IMG/VR virus record: IMGVR_UViG_3300045988_047162
DNA: 64,000 bases
Source of the DNA: a virus
Reading direction: 5' to 3' (one strand)
A model generated the notes under the pieces. It had not been told where the DNA came from. It worked only from the letters and a program-made list of their open reading frames with translations, and ran no database searches. Of the stretch, positions 9,176 to 17,494 are shown piece after piece (position 1 is the first letter of the stretch; each line of letters opens with the position of its first letter). Position numbers and translations under genes: made by a program.

Positions 9176-9396
9176 TGTGGACACTCAGTCCGAAACAGCA
9201 GGAAATGCTCGCTGACGTGAGCAATATGCAGGGCCAATATCAGGCCGTCGATAACCAGACAAGCAGGGCACTGCTTCGTAATAAGTTCATCCGTCAAGTG
9301 AATGACCGATTCGAGACGACCAAGGAAGGAGAACGACTGCACATGAAAATCGTGCATCAGGCGTTCGAGAAGGCAAGGATGGCGTTAAATGACTGA
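9172..9396 (+). CDS. Hypothetical protein (74 aa)
   Basis: GAAAGGAG RBS; ATGA coupling. Confidence 0.5.
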   Translation: MMWTLSPKQQEMLADVSNMQGQYQAVDNQTSRALLRNKFIRQVNDRFETTKEGERLHMKIVHQAFEKARMALND

Positions 9397-9769
9397 CAAT
9401 ATCAATCCATCGCATTACAAGGATGGCCCGTTCGAATGCATCGAACTATCCCGCCTGCTGTCAAGCGACTGGGGGCAAGCCGTCCAATACTGCTTCAGGT
9501 GGCAGCACAAGAACGGTGTAGAAGACCTGAAAAAGGCGCTCTGGTTCATCAATGATGCGCTCGACCATAACGTACCGTTCCTTGCCGCGCACTGCGGACA
9601 GAACGCCGACATCATCGAAGCCAGACCAATCAGGCTTCTCGGCATTCTAGAAGCCGAGAACTGGGCCGATCTCGAACCATTCTGGAATGAAATCAAGTGG
9701 GGATGCTACAAGAAGGCGGTCAAAGTGCTGACCGAAAAGATCAATGAAATCGAAAAGGAAGGAAAGTAA
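9389..9769 (+). CDS. DUF3310-family phage protein
   Basis: NPSHYKDGPFECIEL...AVQYCFRWQHKNGVEDLKKALWFINDAL matches the DUF3310 pattern. Confidence 0.65.
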   Translation: MTDNINPSHYKDGPFECIELSRLLSSDWGQAVQYCFRWQHKNGVEDLKKALWFINDALDHNVPFLAAHCGQNADIIEARPIRLLGILEAENWADLEPFWNEIKWGCYKKAVKVLTEKINEIEKEGK

Positions 9770-9771
9770 TC

Positions 9772-10083
9772 ATGGAACATATCGTGCAGTTCGCCATCAA
9801 CATTGACGACAAGACCATTCAGAACCGTATCGAGGAACACGCCTACACGGACGTGCTCAACAAGCTCACCAAAGAAGCCATGGACACTGTTTTCGCGCAC
9901 ACGAACGCGTATTCGCGGGAAAACATGTGGAAGACCGTGCTGGTTGGCGCTTTGCAACGCTTCCTCGAAGAACGCAAGGACGAGATCATCGACAAGGCCG
10001 CGAACATGCTCGCCGACCGGTTCCAACGGACGAAGAAGTATCGGGAAGCCATGGGTGCCACCATCGCAAAGGACGGTGAGTGA
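9772..10083 (+). CDS. Hypothetical protein
   Basis: GGAAGGAAAG RBS; coding-like frame. Confidence 0.55.
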   Translation: MEHIVQFAINIDDKTIQNRIEEHAYTDVLNKLTKEAMDTVFAHTNAYSRENMWKTVLVGALQRFLEERKDEIIDKAANMLADRFQRTKKYREAMGATIAKDGE

Positions 10084-10289
10084 TGGATAAGACGCGTGTG
10101 GCCCTCACGGCGATCAGCTGCATCACGGTGGTCTTGATTTTATTCATTTGTGGAATGTCACCCAATATCGACAAGAAGACCAATGCGGGTTTCCAAATGG
10201 AAACGGTCAAGACCGGTGACGTGACATGGGCCTGTCTGAAGCATAACGGCGAATACATCGGCTGCAACACGGTGGAGACGGTCAAATGA
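10080..10289 (+). CDS. Small membrane protein (69 aa)
   Basis: N-terminal TM segment VALTAISCITVVLILFICG; GTGATG coupling. Confidence 0.5.
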   Translation: MMDKTRVALTAISCITVVLILFICGMSPNIDKKTNAGFQMETVKTGDVTWACLKHNGEYIGCNTVETVK

Positions 10290-10495
10290 ATGTTTTCACA
10301 GGCAAGACCGGCTACATCGTCTGGCCGCAAGGCGATACGGGAGTTCACACATGCCGCGTGTACGACTCACTGGATGAAGCTGTGGGCGCGGCACATTCCA
10401 AAGCCGACTTCCACCACAGGCCGTATGAGGTGCGTACCGCTTATGAGAGTCCGGCAAGAACTATCAAGACAATCAACCCAAGGAGGCGCCAATGA
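10286..10495 (+). CDS. Hypothetical protein (69 aa)
   Basis: ATGA coupling at both ends. Confidence 0.5.
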   Translation: MNVFTGKTGYIVWPQGDTGVHTCRVYDSLDEAVGAAHSKADFHHRPYEVRTAYESPARTIKTINPRRRQ

Positions 10496-10534
10496 GCGAC
10501 AAAGTGAAAGTCGGCACGAGCAAGGTCACGTTCC

Positions 10535-10741
10535 GTGTGCGCGTTCGACTATCCGCAGATCGAACTCGCATCCGTCGAAGTGGATGTGCCGATGTACACG
10601 AAGACGGACAACAAGCTCGACAACATGCAGCAGGGACATGTCACGGCGGACGTGCCGGACGGTTTCAACGAGAAGGTCAAAGACGCATTGCATGTGTTCG
10701 CGGACACTCTACAGGCATCGTTCAACGAAGAAGGAGAGTGA
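10535..10741 (+). CDS. Hypothetical acidic protein; true 5' end uncertain (possible frameshift fusion with the ATG at 10492)
   Basis: G/C-rich third codon positions in this frame from about 10535 onward. The strong AGGAGG + ATG at 10492 is in the other frame, which stops looking coding after about 14 codons. Confidence 0.4.
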   Translation: MCAFDYPQIELASVEVDVPMYTKTDNKLDNMQQGHVTADVPDGFNEKVKDALHVFADTLQASFNEEGE

Positions 10742-10742
10742 A

Positions 10743-11294
10743 ATGTTGAGAAGCATTGATTTCAAAACAATGCCTTATCTATTCACTGACAAGGCTGGCA
10801 CTTGTCTGACCGTGGAGTTCGACGGGAGGGAACTGGATGACATCTACAAGCAGGTGAAGGCCATGTACGATCAGGCGCATTCGTCTGATGACATGCCCAC
10901 CGAACCGGGCTGGTATGTGACTCGGGATGGTGAAGACCTGTTGAGCTATGACGGTGACGCATGGCATATCCACAATCTCGGTGGTGCGGAACCGTTCGTT
11001 GACGGGGATTTGGAAACAATGGACTGGAGTGTGGTCAAACGCACGTTCGATGCTGACGCTTTCCCGCTGATACCAGTGAATCTTAACGATACATCTCGTG
11101 CGGAGCGTCGGTTGACCAATCTCACCAACTTTTTGCACACGCTCATTCATGAGTGTGAGACAGTGCGGGACAACCCATCTTCCGACAAGCATACGAAAGA
11201 CATCGAGAATGCCGTCTGCGGAACTGGAATCAACTTCGGCAAAGACCTGCTTGCACGATTGGAAAACGGGGTGTTCGACCATGAAAGTGCATGA
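10743..11294 (+). CDS. Hypothetical protein with the 'PGWY...W...FPLIP' module
   Basis: GAAGGAGAG RBS. Contains EPGWYVTRDGEDLLSYDGDAWHI...DWSVVKRTFDADAFPLIPV. Confidence 0.6.
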   Translation: MLRSIDFKTMPYLFTDKAGTCLTVEFDGRELDDIYKQVKAMYDQAHSSDDMPTEPGWYVTRDGEDLLSYDGDAWHIHNLGGAEPFVDGDLETMDWSVVKRTFDADAFPLIPVNLNDTSRAERRLTNLTNFLHTLIHECETVRDNPSSDKHTKDIENAVCGTGINFGKDLLARLENGVFDHESA

Positions 11295-11550
11295 CCACAT
11301 CACCGACTGGCAGCACCTGCCATCGTCATTCCTCGCTGGCAAGCGTGCGATAGCCACCACCGTTGAGGGAACCACTATCGACGGTTTCCTCCAATCGATG
11401 ACCACGAAGTTCAGTAACGGCAGCGGCAGCATGGTGCAACTGATTTTCGAGGGAGTGTTCCAGCCGGTCATCATCAGTCTCAACGGTGGCGAGAACCAAC
11501 TATGCAGAGCATACGATTCGATACTCATACTCAACGAGGTGAAGCAGTGA
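11281..11550 (+). CDS. Hypothetical protein (89 aa)
   Basis: In-frame ATG overlapping the upstream gene by 14 nt. Confidence 0.45.
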   Translation: MKVHDHITDWQHLPSSFLAGKRAIATTVEGTTIDGFLQSMTTKFSNGSGSMVQLIFEGVFQPVIISLNGGENQLCRAYDSILILNEVKQ

Positions 11551-11813
11551 ACAACGAATACGCGGTCAGCATCCGTCGCAGATACATAATGCCTGACCAC
11601 ACCTTTGATGGATATGAATTGGTCTTATGGCATTGGGACGTGATCGAGAACACTTGGCTTTTCCGTGCCACACGCGACTATCCGATAAGCAAGAGAGTAT
11701 CAAGGGGATATGCGTTGTGGAAGGTTCTCAGGGATGCTCAGAAATTGGCGCGGATATTCCAATGCAAGAACTATGCGACCAACGAAGAAGGAATGTGGGA
11801 CAACAATGACTGA
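11547..11813 (+). CDS. Hypothetical protein (GTG start; an alternative ATG lies at 11502)
   Basis: GAGGTG RBS 6 nt upstream of a GTG that overlaps the previous stop (GTGA). Confidence 0.45.
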   Translation: MNNEYAVSIRRRYIMPDHTFDGYELVLWHWDVIENTWLFRATRDYPISKRVSRGYALWKVLRDAQKLARIFQCKNYATNEEGMWDNND

Positions 11814-11979
11814 CCTTGATAATCGCATCAGCGAGTATGCGAAATGGATTGAAAGCCGATATGACGACTCGCATGAGCTTCGAGCCAAAGGCAAAAACGG
11901 TTACATCGACGGCAAGGCCGACGCCTATGAGAGTTCGCTACGCGAGTTCAAACGCATCTTCAACATGAAGGAGGAATAG
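11806..11979 (+). CDS. Hypothetical protein (57 aa)
   Basis: ATG overlaps the upstream gene end; coiled-coil-like sequence. Confidence 0.4.
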   Translation: MTDLDNRISEYAKWIESRYDDSHELRAKGKNGYIDGKADAYESSLREFKRIFNMKEE

Positions 11980-12353
11980 TGCTGAAGCGAATGACTGCTT
12001 ATTGGTGGGATAAAGACAAAAATGCTGTGGCAATCTCATATAAGGATAACCGCCTGATACTCACCGTCGATGACGCGCAGGCACTCCTTAGACAGCTTGA
12101 AATGCTTCTGCCGGAGAGACCGTCACGCGACGAGCCGGAAGAGCCGGGCTTCTACCGGACACGGACGGGCGCATTTCTTCGCAAGAACAAGAACGGAGCA
12201 TGGAGCGCCCTGTTCATCAATGGCGACCTCATTCCACGCTATTGGAACGATCAGGACGATTACGCGAAGTGGAGGACGGTGCTTGACTGCCTGTATCCTC
12301 GTGCGTTCCCGCTTACACCAACCACTGCGCCATATCCGTTGAAGGGTGAGTGA
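11979..12353 (+). CDS. Hypothetical protein with the 'PGFY...W...FPLTP' module
   Basis: EEPGFYRTRTGAFLRKNKNGAWSA...WRTVLDCLYPRAFPLTP; GGAGGAA RBS. Confidence 0.55.
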   Translation: MLKRMTAYWWDKDKNAVAISYKDNRLILTVDDAQALLRQLEMLLPERPSRDEPEEPGFYRTRTGAFLRKNKNGAWSALFINGDLIPRYWNDQDDYAKWRTVLDCLYPRAFPLTPTTAPYPLKGE

Positions 12354-12622
12354 TGTTCGGACGGAAGAAGAAAAAGCAGGAGGAGCCGAAAAGTTACCTC
12401 AGATGCCCATACTGCGGTCACGCGCCGGTGATAAACGAAGGCAAATGCACGTATCACAATCCACGTCATACCGTCTACCGGTACGAGTGCGTATTGAAGT
12501 GTCTTCAAGGCGAGGTCTGTTGGACTGCCGAAGATGCGTTCAACTCGTGGATACGCGCTGTCGCACGCTATTACGACGCAGAGGAAGCTATCAGACAATT
12601 CTGCAAGGAGAAGAAATCATGA
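12350..12622 (+). CDS. Lar-like restriction-alleviation family zinc-ribbon protein
   Basis: LRCPYCGH...ECVLKC...TAEDAFNSWIRA fits the Lar_restr_allev pattern (CPxCG ... C..C ... A..aWN.R). Confidence 0.5.
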   Translation: MMFGRKKKKQEEPKSYLRCPYCGHAPVINEGKCTYHNPRHTVYRYECVLKCLQGEVCWTAEDAFNSWIRAVARYYDAEEAIRQFCKEKKS

Positions 12623-12771
12623 GTCTGGCTGATGTTTGCTGGAATATTTCAAGCGTGTTCATCGTCATCACATTGGGAGTGATAGCGATACTCTGCGTGC
12701 TCATGCTATTAGGCGTGTTCGTATGCATTTTCGACCATGACGATAAGAACGATAAGAGCAGTAAGGAATAA
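12619..12771 (+). CDS. Small membrane protein (50 aa)
   Basis: ATGA coupling. TM segment ISSVFIVITLGVIAILCVLMLLGVFVCIF. Confidence 0.4.
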   Translation: MSLADVCWNISSVFIVITLGVIAILCVLMLLGVFVCIFDHDDKNDKSSKE

Positions 12772-12773
12772 CA

Positions 12774-13007
12774 ATGGCGACGAACGTGACTGAGAAAGAC
12801 AAGACACTGCATGAGGTCATCGACTTTCTGCAAAAAGAGTGGGATGCAGCTAATAACGCTTCTGATAATCCAGACGAAGAAGTGTACGACTTTTACGACG
12901 GAATGACGACGGCTTACGAGCATGTAATCAATTACTGCCGTCACATGCTCGGCTATTCCGGCTCCATGCCCAGTGAGATGCCGAATCAAAGCGAGGATGC
13001 GAAATGA
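12774..13007 (+). CDS. Hypothetical acidic protein (77 aa)
   Basis: Coding-like frame; ATGA coupling to the methyltransferase gene. Confidence 0.5.
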   Translation: MATNVTEKDKTLHEVIDFLQKEWDAANNASDNPDEEVYDFYDGMTTAYEHVINYCRHMLGYSGSMPSEMPNQSEDAK

Positions 13008-13489
13008 GCGCGTACCAACCTGTTCTTGACCCTGCTTGCGGCGGGCGAATGTTTTGGTTCGACAAGTCAGACAGCCGTGTGCTCTTCGGTGACGTGCGCG
13101 ACGAAAGTTGGGAACTATGTGACGGACGCAGATTCGAGGTCAAGCCGGACATGCTGATGGACTACCGCGATCTGCCGTTCCCTGACGAGACGTTCCGTAT
13201 GGTCGTGCTCGATCCACCGCACTTGCGCAATGCGGGAGAGACGAGCTACATGGCGCAGAAATACGGATGCCTTGACCAAGAGACATGGCAAACAGATATC
13301 AAGACCATGTTCAGCGAGTGTTTCCGCGTCCTGAAAGAGCATGGCGTGTTGATTTTCAAATGGAATGAGACACAGATACCCGTCTCTCAGATACTCAAGC
13401 TCACCGACCATAAGCCACTCTTCGGCAACAAACAGCCGAACCGCACCGGAACACATTGGATCGTCTTCATTAAGGATGACGCGAAATGA
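13004..13489 (+). CDS. Orphan DNA methyltransferase (amino-MTase type, DPPH motif IV)
   Basis: SAM motif I LDPACGGRMFW and catalytic motif VVLDPPHL. Small single-domain enzyme with no adjacent restriction gene recognised. Confidence 0.7.
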   Translation: MSAYQPVLDPACGGRMFWFDKSDSRVLFGDVRDESWELCDGRRFEVKPDMLMDYRDLPFPDETFRMVVLDPPHLRNAGETSYMAQKYGCLDQETWQTDIKTMFSECFRVLKEHGVLIFKWNETQIPVSQILKLTDHKPLFGNKQPNRTGTHWIVFIKDDAK

Positions 13490-13564
13490 GCAGTCAATAC
13501 AAGGTGTGCCCGCTGTTTTGGGCTGATCTCGGCAGCGACCGTCACTTAATCAATATGGAGGCTA

Positions 13565-13819
13565 ATGATGATTAGTCAATACGACAAGGACATGTGTTGC
13601 CTGTATATCGCTGAGGGGATGAGCTACATCTGGCAACAACGAGGGGGCCAAGAGCTTTCCCGGATGCTTGAATCATTGGCCGATAGGAAGCTCATGAAGC
13701 GTGTCCATGGCGGGTATGCGATCACACTCAAGGGCCTGTTGGCAGTCAAGGTGTGGAGACTTCACCTGTTCCTGTTCCATCACCACGATGAATACAAGTA
13801 CTTCAGGAGGAAGAAATGA
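13565..13819 (+). CDS. Hypothetical protein (84 aa)
   Basis: GGAGG RBS upstream; ATGA coupling downstream. Confidence 0.45.
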   Translation: MMISQYDKDMCCLYIAEGMSYIWQQRGGQELSRMLESLADRKLMKRVHGGYAITLKGLLAVKVWRLHLFLFHHHDEYKYFRRKK

Positions 13820-14295
13820 GCAGGGCTGAGACCACCGCCATGCTGTCCAAGCTGGTGGAGAAACGATTGAGGAATCAGACCGCGTTCTGGGCGAGCGAGG
13901 TCAATTTCGACCGGAACACGCCTGACGACCGGCGAGTGGATTACGTGGGATTCAAGCCATGGAACATCAACGGCGAACCGGTGCCCGCAAGCGTGGAGAA
14001 AGGCTGCTTCGGATTCTACGAGGTCAAGTCATGCATGGCTGATTTCACGAGCGGCAACGGCCTGACGTTCTACGGCGACCAGAACTATCTGGTCTGCACG
14101 AAGGAACTGTGCGACGAGATCGTATGGCAGAAAATGGTGCCGCCGCGAGTGAACGCGATCCTGACACCGGATTCGACCGGCTCGAAACTGATTCTCGGCC
14201 ATGTGCGGTCCAACCACGACCTGTCATACAGGCGGCGTCCCGCAAGCGAAATCCTGTGGGCCATGGTCAAGGCGAACGGAAAGAGGACGAATTGA
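13816..14295 (+). CDS. PD-(D/E)xK-fold protein, MmcB/DUF1052-like
   Basis: RRVDYVGF...GFYEVKSCMADFTSGNGLTFYGDQNYLVC resembles the MmcB-family D...E-x-K core. Confidence 0.45.
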   Translation: MSRAETTAMLSKLVEKRLRNQTAFWASEVNFDRNTPDDRRVDYVGFKPWNINGEPVPASVEKGCFGFYEVKSCMADFTSGNGLTFYGDQNYLVCTKELCDEIVWQKMVPPRVNAILTPDSTGSKLILGHVRSNHDLSYRRRPASEILWAMVKANGKRTN

Positions 14296-14594
14296 GCATC
14301 CTGCTTGACGAGGCCGACGCTTACGAGCGTGGCATGGATGATGATTTGACTTTCCAGACGGTTCGGGAGCTTGCCGGTACAGCGTACATGGCCGGACGTT
14401 CCGCTCCACCAACTGCCGTTGAGATTGAGGCCGTGGCGAAGAAACTGTTGTGGTGGGACATGGAAGCAGACTGGGAAGACGTCATGCCCAGTGATGACTG
14501 TTTCTGGACTCTGACCGCGCCGGAAATGCGAGCCAGTTATCTCAGGGGCGCTCGGGAAATGCTCGAAATCGCACGGAAGGCGGTAAGCGAATGA
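14292..14594 (+). CDS. Hypothetical protein (TTG start; an alternative ATG lies at 14334)
   Basis: TTG overlaps the upstream stop. Only the C-terminal two thirds of ORF 14109..14594 look coding. Confidence 0.4.
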   Translation: MSILLDEADAYERGMDDDLTFQTVRELAGTAYMAGRSAPPTAVEIEAVAKKLLWWDMEADWEDVMPSDDCFWTLTAPEMRASYLRGAREMLEIARKAVSE

Positions 14595-14800
14595 GCAAAG
14601 ACATGGAGAAGATCATGTACATAACCAAGAATGCGTCCTACGCGGTCAACGCGATAGTGATGCTCGCAATCATCATCATACAAATCACCAACAACGCGAA
14701 CCCTATATCCATAGCGATACTCTCGTTCCTCTACGGAGCATACGTGATGATCGTGTTCGTCATACTGTACGAAGAACACTTGGAGAAGGAATACGAATGA
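14591..14800 (+). CDS. Small membrane protein (69 aa, two TM helices)
   Basis: ATGA coupling; hydrophobic segments AVNAIVMLAIIIIQI and ISIAILSFLYGAYVMIVFVILY. Confidence 0.5.
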   Translation: MSKDMEKIMYITKNASYAVNAIVMLAIIIIQITNNANPISIAILSFLYGAYVMIVFVILYEEHLEKEYE

Positions 14801-14964
14801 GCCTACGAAACCAGGTCCTCCACTACGCGGACCTCGACTACGACGCGGACGAGATAAGCCGCCTGCTGCATGTGGGCAGGAGGCTCGTACTCCAAATCGA
14901 AGCCCACCGCAACGACCTCGAACCAGCCACGCCAACGGAAGGAGAACAACCAACGCTAATCTGA
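14797..14964 (+). CDS. Small putative HTH protein (55 aa; below the ORF-track cut-off)
   Basis: Hand translation MSLRNQVLHYADLDYDADEISRLLHVGRRLVLQIEAHRNDLEPATPTEGEQPTLI*. ATGA coupling. Confidence 0.4.
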   Translation: MSLRNQVLHYADLDYDADEISRLLHVGRRLVLQIEAHRNDLEPATPTEGEQPTLI

Positions 14965-15061
14965 CACACACACTATACTAGACAAGTCGCCCAACGGTTG
15001 CAAACAAAGGGTTGAGGCAACAAGACCAAACACACCCAAAACGCAACCAAGGAGCCAACAC

Positions 15062-15901
15062 TTGACGCAAACCACATGCGCGGCATGCTGGAAGACAACC
15101 GACGACACGCATATCCTCTGCACATCCTGCGAAACCCAACTCCAATTCGACCTGCAATGGTTCGAAAACCACCTGCAAGACCTCGAATGGCGCACAAACC
15201 GCATGGACAAGACAGGCAACGGCGGAGGCGGCGGGCATAATGGACTCGCCACCTCCCCGGCACCATTACGCGAAACCGCGTTCGAACTCATCGAAGGCAA
15301 CGGCATGGACGACATTCCAAGCCTCCGTGACATCATCAACGAATACGCGCGATGCCTGAACGTGACCGCTCCATACGACCGGAAACTCGAAACACTCATC
15401 CGCAACATCCGGCTCACCGACAAGTGGAAGACCAGCAAGGCGACACCAACCTACATGCGAATCATCCACCGCATCCGCCGTAAGGCCCAGGAACTCCTCG
15501 ACTTCACCCTCGAAGACCAGATCATCATCGGCGAATGCCCGACCGACGACTGCCATCACATCGTGAAAGTCATCCCAAACGCCGCGTTCGCGCCGAAATG
15601 CCCCGACTGCGGTCAAGTGTATCCGGTCTCCGCCATCCGTGAGAACAGGCGACACAAACTCCTCGCCACGCACATCACCGGCACGCAGACCGAAATCCGC
15701 AGACTGCTCCTGCAATGCGGCATCATCGTCAAACCCGGCACCATGCGCAGTTGGGTCAGCAGGGGAGACCTGAAACCCGTCACGCCGGTAAAAGACACGC
15801 GCAAGCAACGCTACCGGCTGTCCGACGTGTACAAGCTCGCCGTCAGAAACCCCGAAAAGGAAACGAACATTTGGATGCTCCTACAGGAGGAACAGGCATG
15901 A
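15062..15901 (+). CDS. Zinc-ribbon plus C-terminal MerR/excisionase-like HTH protein (possible late-gene regulator)
   Basis: AAGGAG RBS 8 nt before TTG. Cys pairs CAACW...CTSC and CPTDDCHH...CPDCG. C-terminal TQTEIRRLLLQCGIIVKPGTMRSWVSRGDL. Confidence 0.55.
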   Translation: MTQTTCAACWKTTDDTHILCTSCETQLQFDLQWFENHLQDLEWRTNRMDKTGNGGGGGHNGLATSPAPLRETAFELIEGNGMDDIPSLRDIINEYARCLNVTAPYDRKLETLIRNIRLTDKWKTSKATPTYMRIIHRIRRKAQELLDFTLEDQIIIGECPTDDCHHIVKVIPNAAFAPKCPDCGQVYPVSAIRENRRHKLLATHITGTQTEIRRLLLQCGIIVKPGTMRSWVSRGDLKPVTPVKDTRKQRYRLSDVYKLAVRNPEKETNIWMLLQEEQA

Positions 15902-16185
15902 ACATCGACCTCTCCAACCCGCCATACGCGGTCAAACTCAATGATCTCGGATTCGCATACTCGCACACCGACCGTGAGAAAGGCATCATCGTCTACACTC
16001 ACGCCGACCCCAGAATGGTCGGCTCCAAATGGGTTGACCATTGGGACGACGTGGAATGCATCATCGACTTCGAAGATGAGAACTGCTTGAAACCATTGTC
16101 ATTCACGTTCAAGAACCTTAGAAACGGCGTCAGCAAAACCATTCAGGCAAGCAACCTCGCCACCGTGGAAGAGGTCATGCGTTGA
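15898..16185 (+). CDS. Hypothetical protein (95 aa)
   Basis: ATGA coupling. Confidence 0.5.
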   Translation: MNIDLSNPPYAVKLNDLGFAYSHTDREKGIIVYTHADPRMVGSKWVDHWDDVECIIDFEDENCLKPLSFTFKNLRNGVSKTIQASNLATVEEVMR

Positions 16186-16355
16186 CCACCATCACCATCA
16201 CCGACGACAATGGTCGTTCGACCACCTACCGGGTGGATGGCGAGATCAAACATTGTGTAGACCAATTCCATTCGCATGGCATGTTCGGCATCAACCTCAC
16301 CGACCGCCGCCGACTCCACACACTCCAATTCACCACAGGTAAGGATGAAGCATGA
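16182..16355 (+). CDS. Hypothetical protein (57 aa, TTG start; below the ORF-track cut-off)
   Basis: TTGA overlap with the upstream stop and ATGA overlap with the next gene; hand-translated. Confidence 0.35.
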   Translation: MTTITITDDNGRSTTYRVDGEIKHCVDQFHSHGMFGINLTDRRRLHTLQFTTGKDEA

Positions 16356-16630
16356 AAGTCTACGTCGTCACTGCGAACGTTATGGACAGGGACGAATACA
16401 GGGATTACACGCTCAAACCGGTAGATAGGTGGTACCCGTATTTCACCATGAGGGAGAGAGTGGCTGACCAATACGGCGAGTACGTGAGCATCATGGGCGT
16501 TTATTCCACATTCGAGCAGGCGGAACATCGTTGGGATGAACTCGACCGTGAAGGCTTCGACGTTCTCCCGATCATTGAATGCGTTGTGGACGCGAACTGC
16601 TGGGAATACATAGGAGGCTACGCGGAATGA
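16352..16630 (+). CDS. Hypothetical protein (92 aa)
   Basis: AAGGATGAAG RBS; coding-like frame. Confidence 0.5.
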   Translation: MKVYVVTANVMDRDEYRDYTLKPVDRWYPYFTMRERVADQYGEYVSIMGVYSTFEQAEHRWDELDREGFDVLPIIECVVDANCWEYIGGYAE

Positions 16631-16697
16631 AGATTGTCAATCCGAAAACCGGGCACAAGATTGTTTTTTAGTTTAAGTGTTTGAAGAATCGAGGGGT

Positions 16698-17153
16698 ATG
16701 ATGTCTGATGGGATTAAAATTTTTTCACTTGAGACTATCTCTGGTGATTCTTTATTGAATGCATATCTGGATGTTTTTACGCGGTTTTATCCAGATTTTG
16801 ATGAATGGTTTATGCGAAAAGTGGTACCTAATTTGGGTGTCACTCGTGAGATTTTTCTGGCAAAAATTGGAAAAGATATAGCGGGAATTTGTATAATTAA
16901 AAATTGCGAACAGGAAAAGAAGATTTGTTCTTTGCGTGTTTTTGAGCCATACCGTGGACAAGGTGTCGGTACGGCTTTAGTTAAACATGCGTTGGATGTT
17001 CTGAAGGATGATTATCCTCTCGTGACTGTGCCAGAGGAGTCTCTAACGCAGTATAAGCCTTTCTTTCGAAAGTTTAAATTTCAATTAAAAGATTCATATG
17101 ATGGCTATTATCGCCTTGGTAAAAAAGAATATGCCTTTAATGGCTTTTTATAG
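16698..17153 (+). CDS. GNAT-family N-acetyltransferase (AT-rich moron)
   Basis: Acetyl-CoA motif A VFEPYRGQGVGTALVKHAL; GAGGGG RBS. The segment is markedly more AT-rich than its flanks. Confidence 0.8.
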   Translation: MMSDGIKIFSLETISGDSLLNAYLDVFTRFYPDFDEWFMRKVVPNLGVTREIFLAKIGKDIAGICIIKNCEQEKKICSLRVFEPYRGQGVGTALVKHALDVLKDDYPLVTVPEESLTQYKPFFRKFKFQLKDSYDGYYRLGKKEYAFNGFL

Positions 17154-17165
17154 GGGGAAGGAAGA

Positions 17166-17492
17166 ATGAGCAAGATCAATATGACGGAAAACACCACCAG
17201 TAAATCAACGAACGAACTGTTTATGCGCGTGTTGCAAGTCGAATCACCGGAACTGTTCGACGGAAGCGACGATCAGCCGGTACGAGTAGTCGGCTACGAT
17301 TATTCGCCATTCTGCGAAGCAGTCTGCGAAACCTGTGGCGATGACCCCGAAATGCTGACCATCGCATTCGAGACGAAAAGCGGCGAACGTTACAGCGAAT
17401 ACTACGACTATTTTGGACTGCCGAACATTTTGGAAGCATTGGGTAAATGGGATAAGCAGTATGGGATGGATAATGAAATAGGGCGGTGTTAA
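17166..17492 (+). CDS. Hypothetical acidic protein (108 aa)
   Basis: GGGGGAAGGAAG RBS; coding-like frame. Confidence 0.5.
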   Translation: MSKINMTENTTSKSTNELFMRVLQVESPELFDGSDDQPVRVVGYDYSPFCEAVCETCGDDPEMLTIAFETKSGERYSEYYDYFGLPNILEALGKWDKQYGMDNEIGRC

Positions 17493-17494
17493 GG

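Noticed and set aside
13486-13575. 29-codon ORF (MSSQYKVCPLFWADLGSDRHLINMEANDD*) coupled to the methyltransferase stop
   Set aside because: It has ATGA coupling but is too short to support without comparative or expression data, so it is not listed as a feature.
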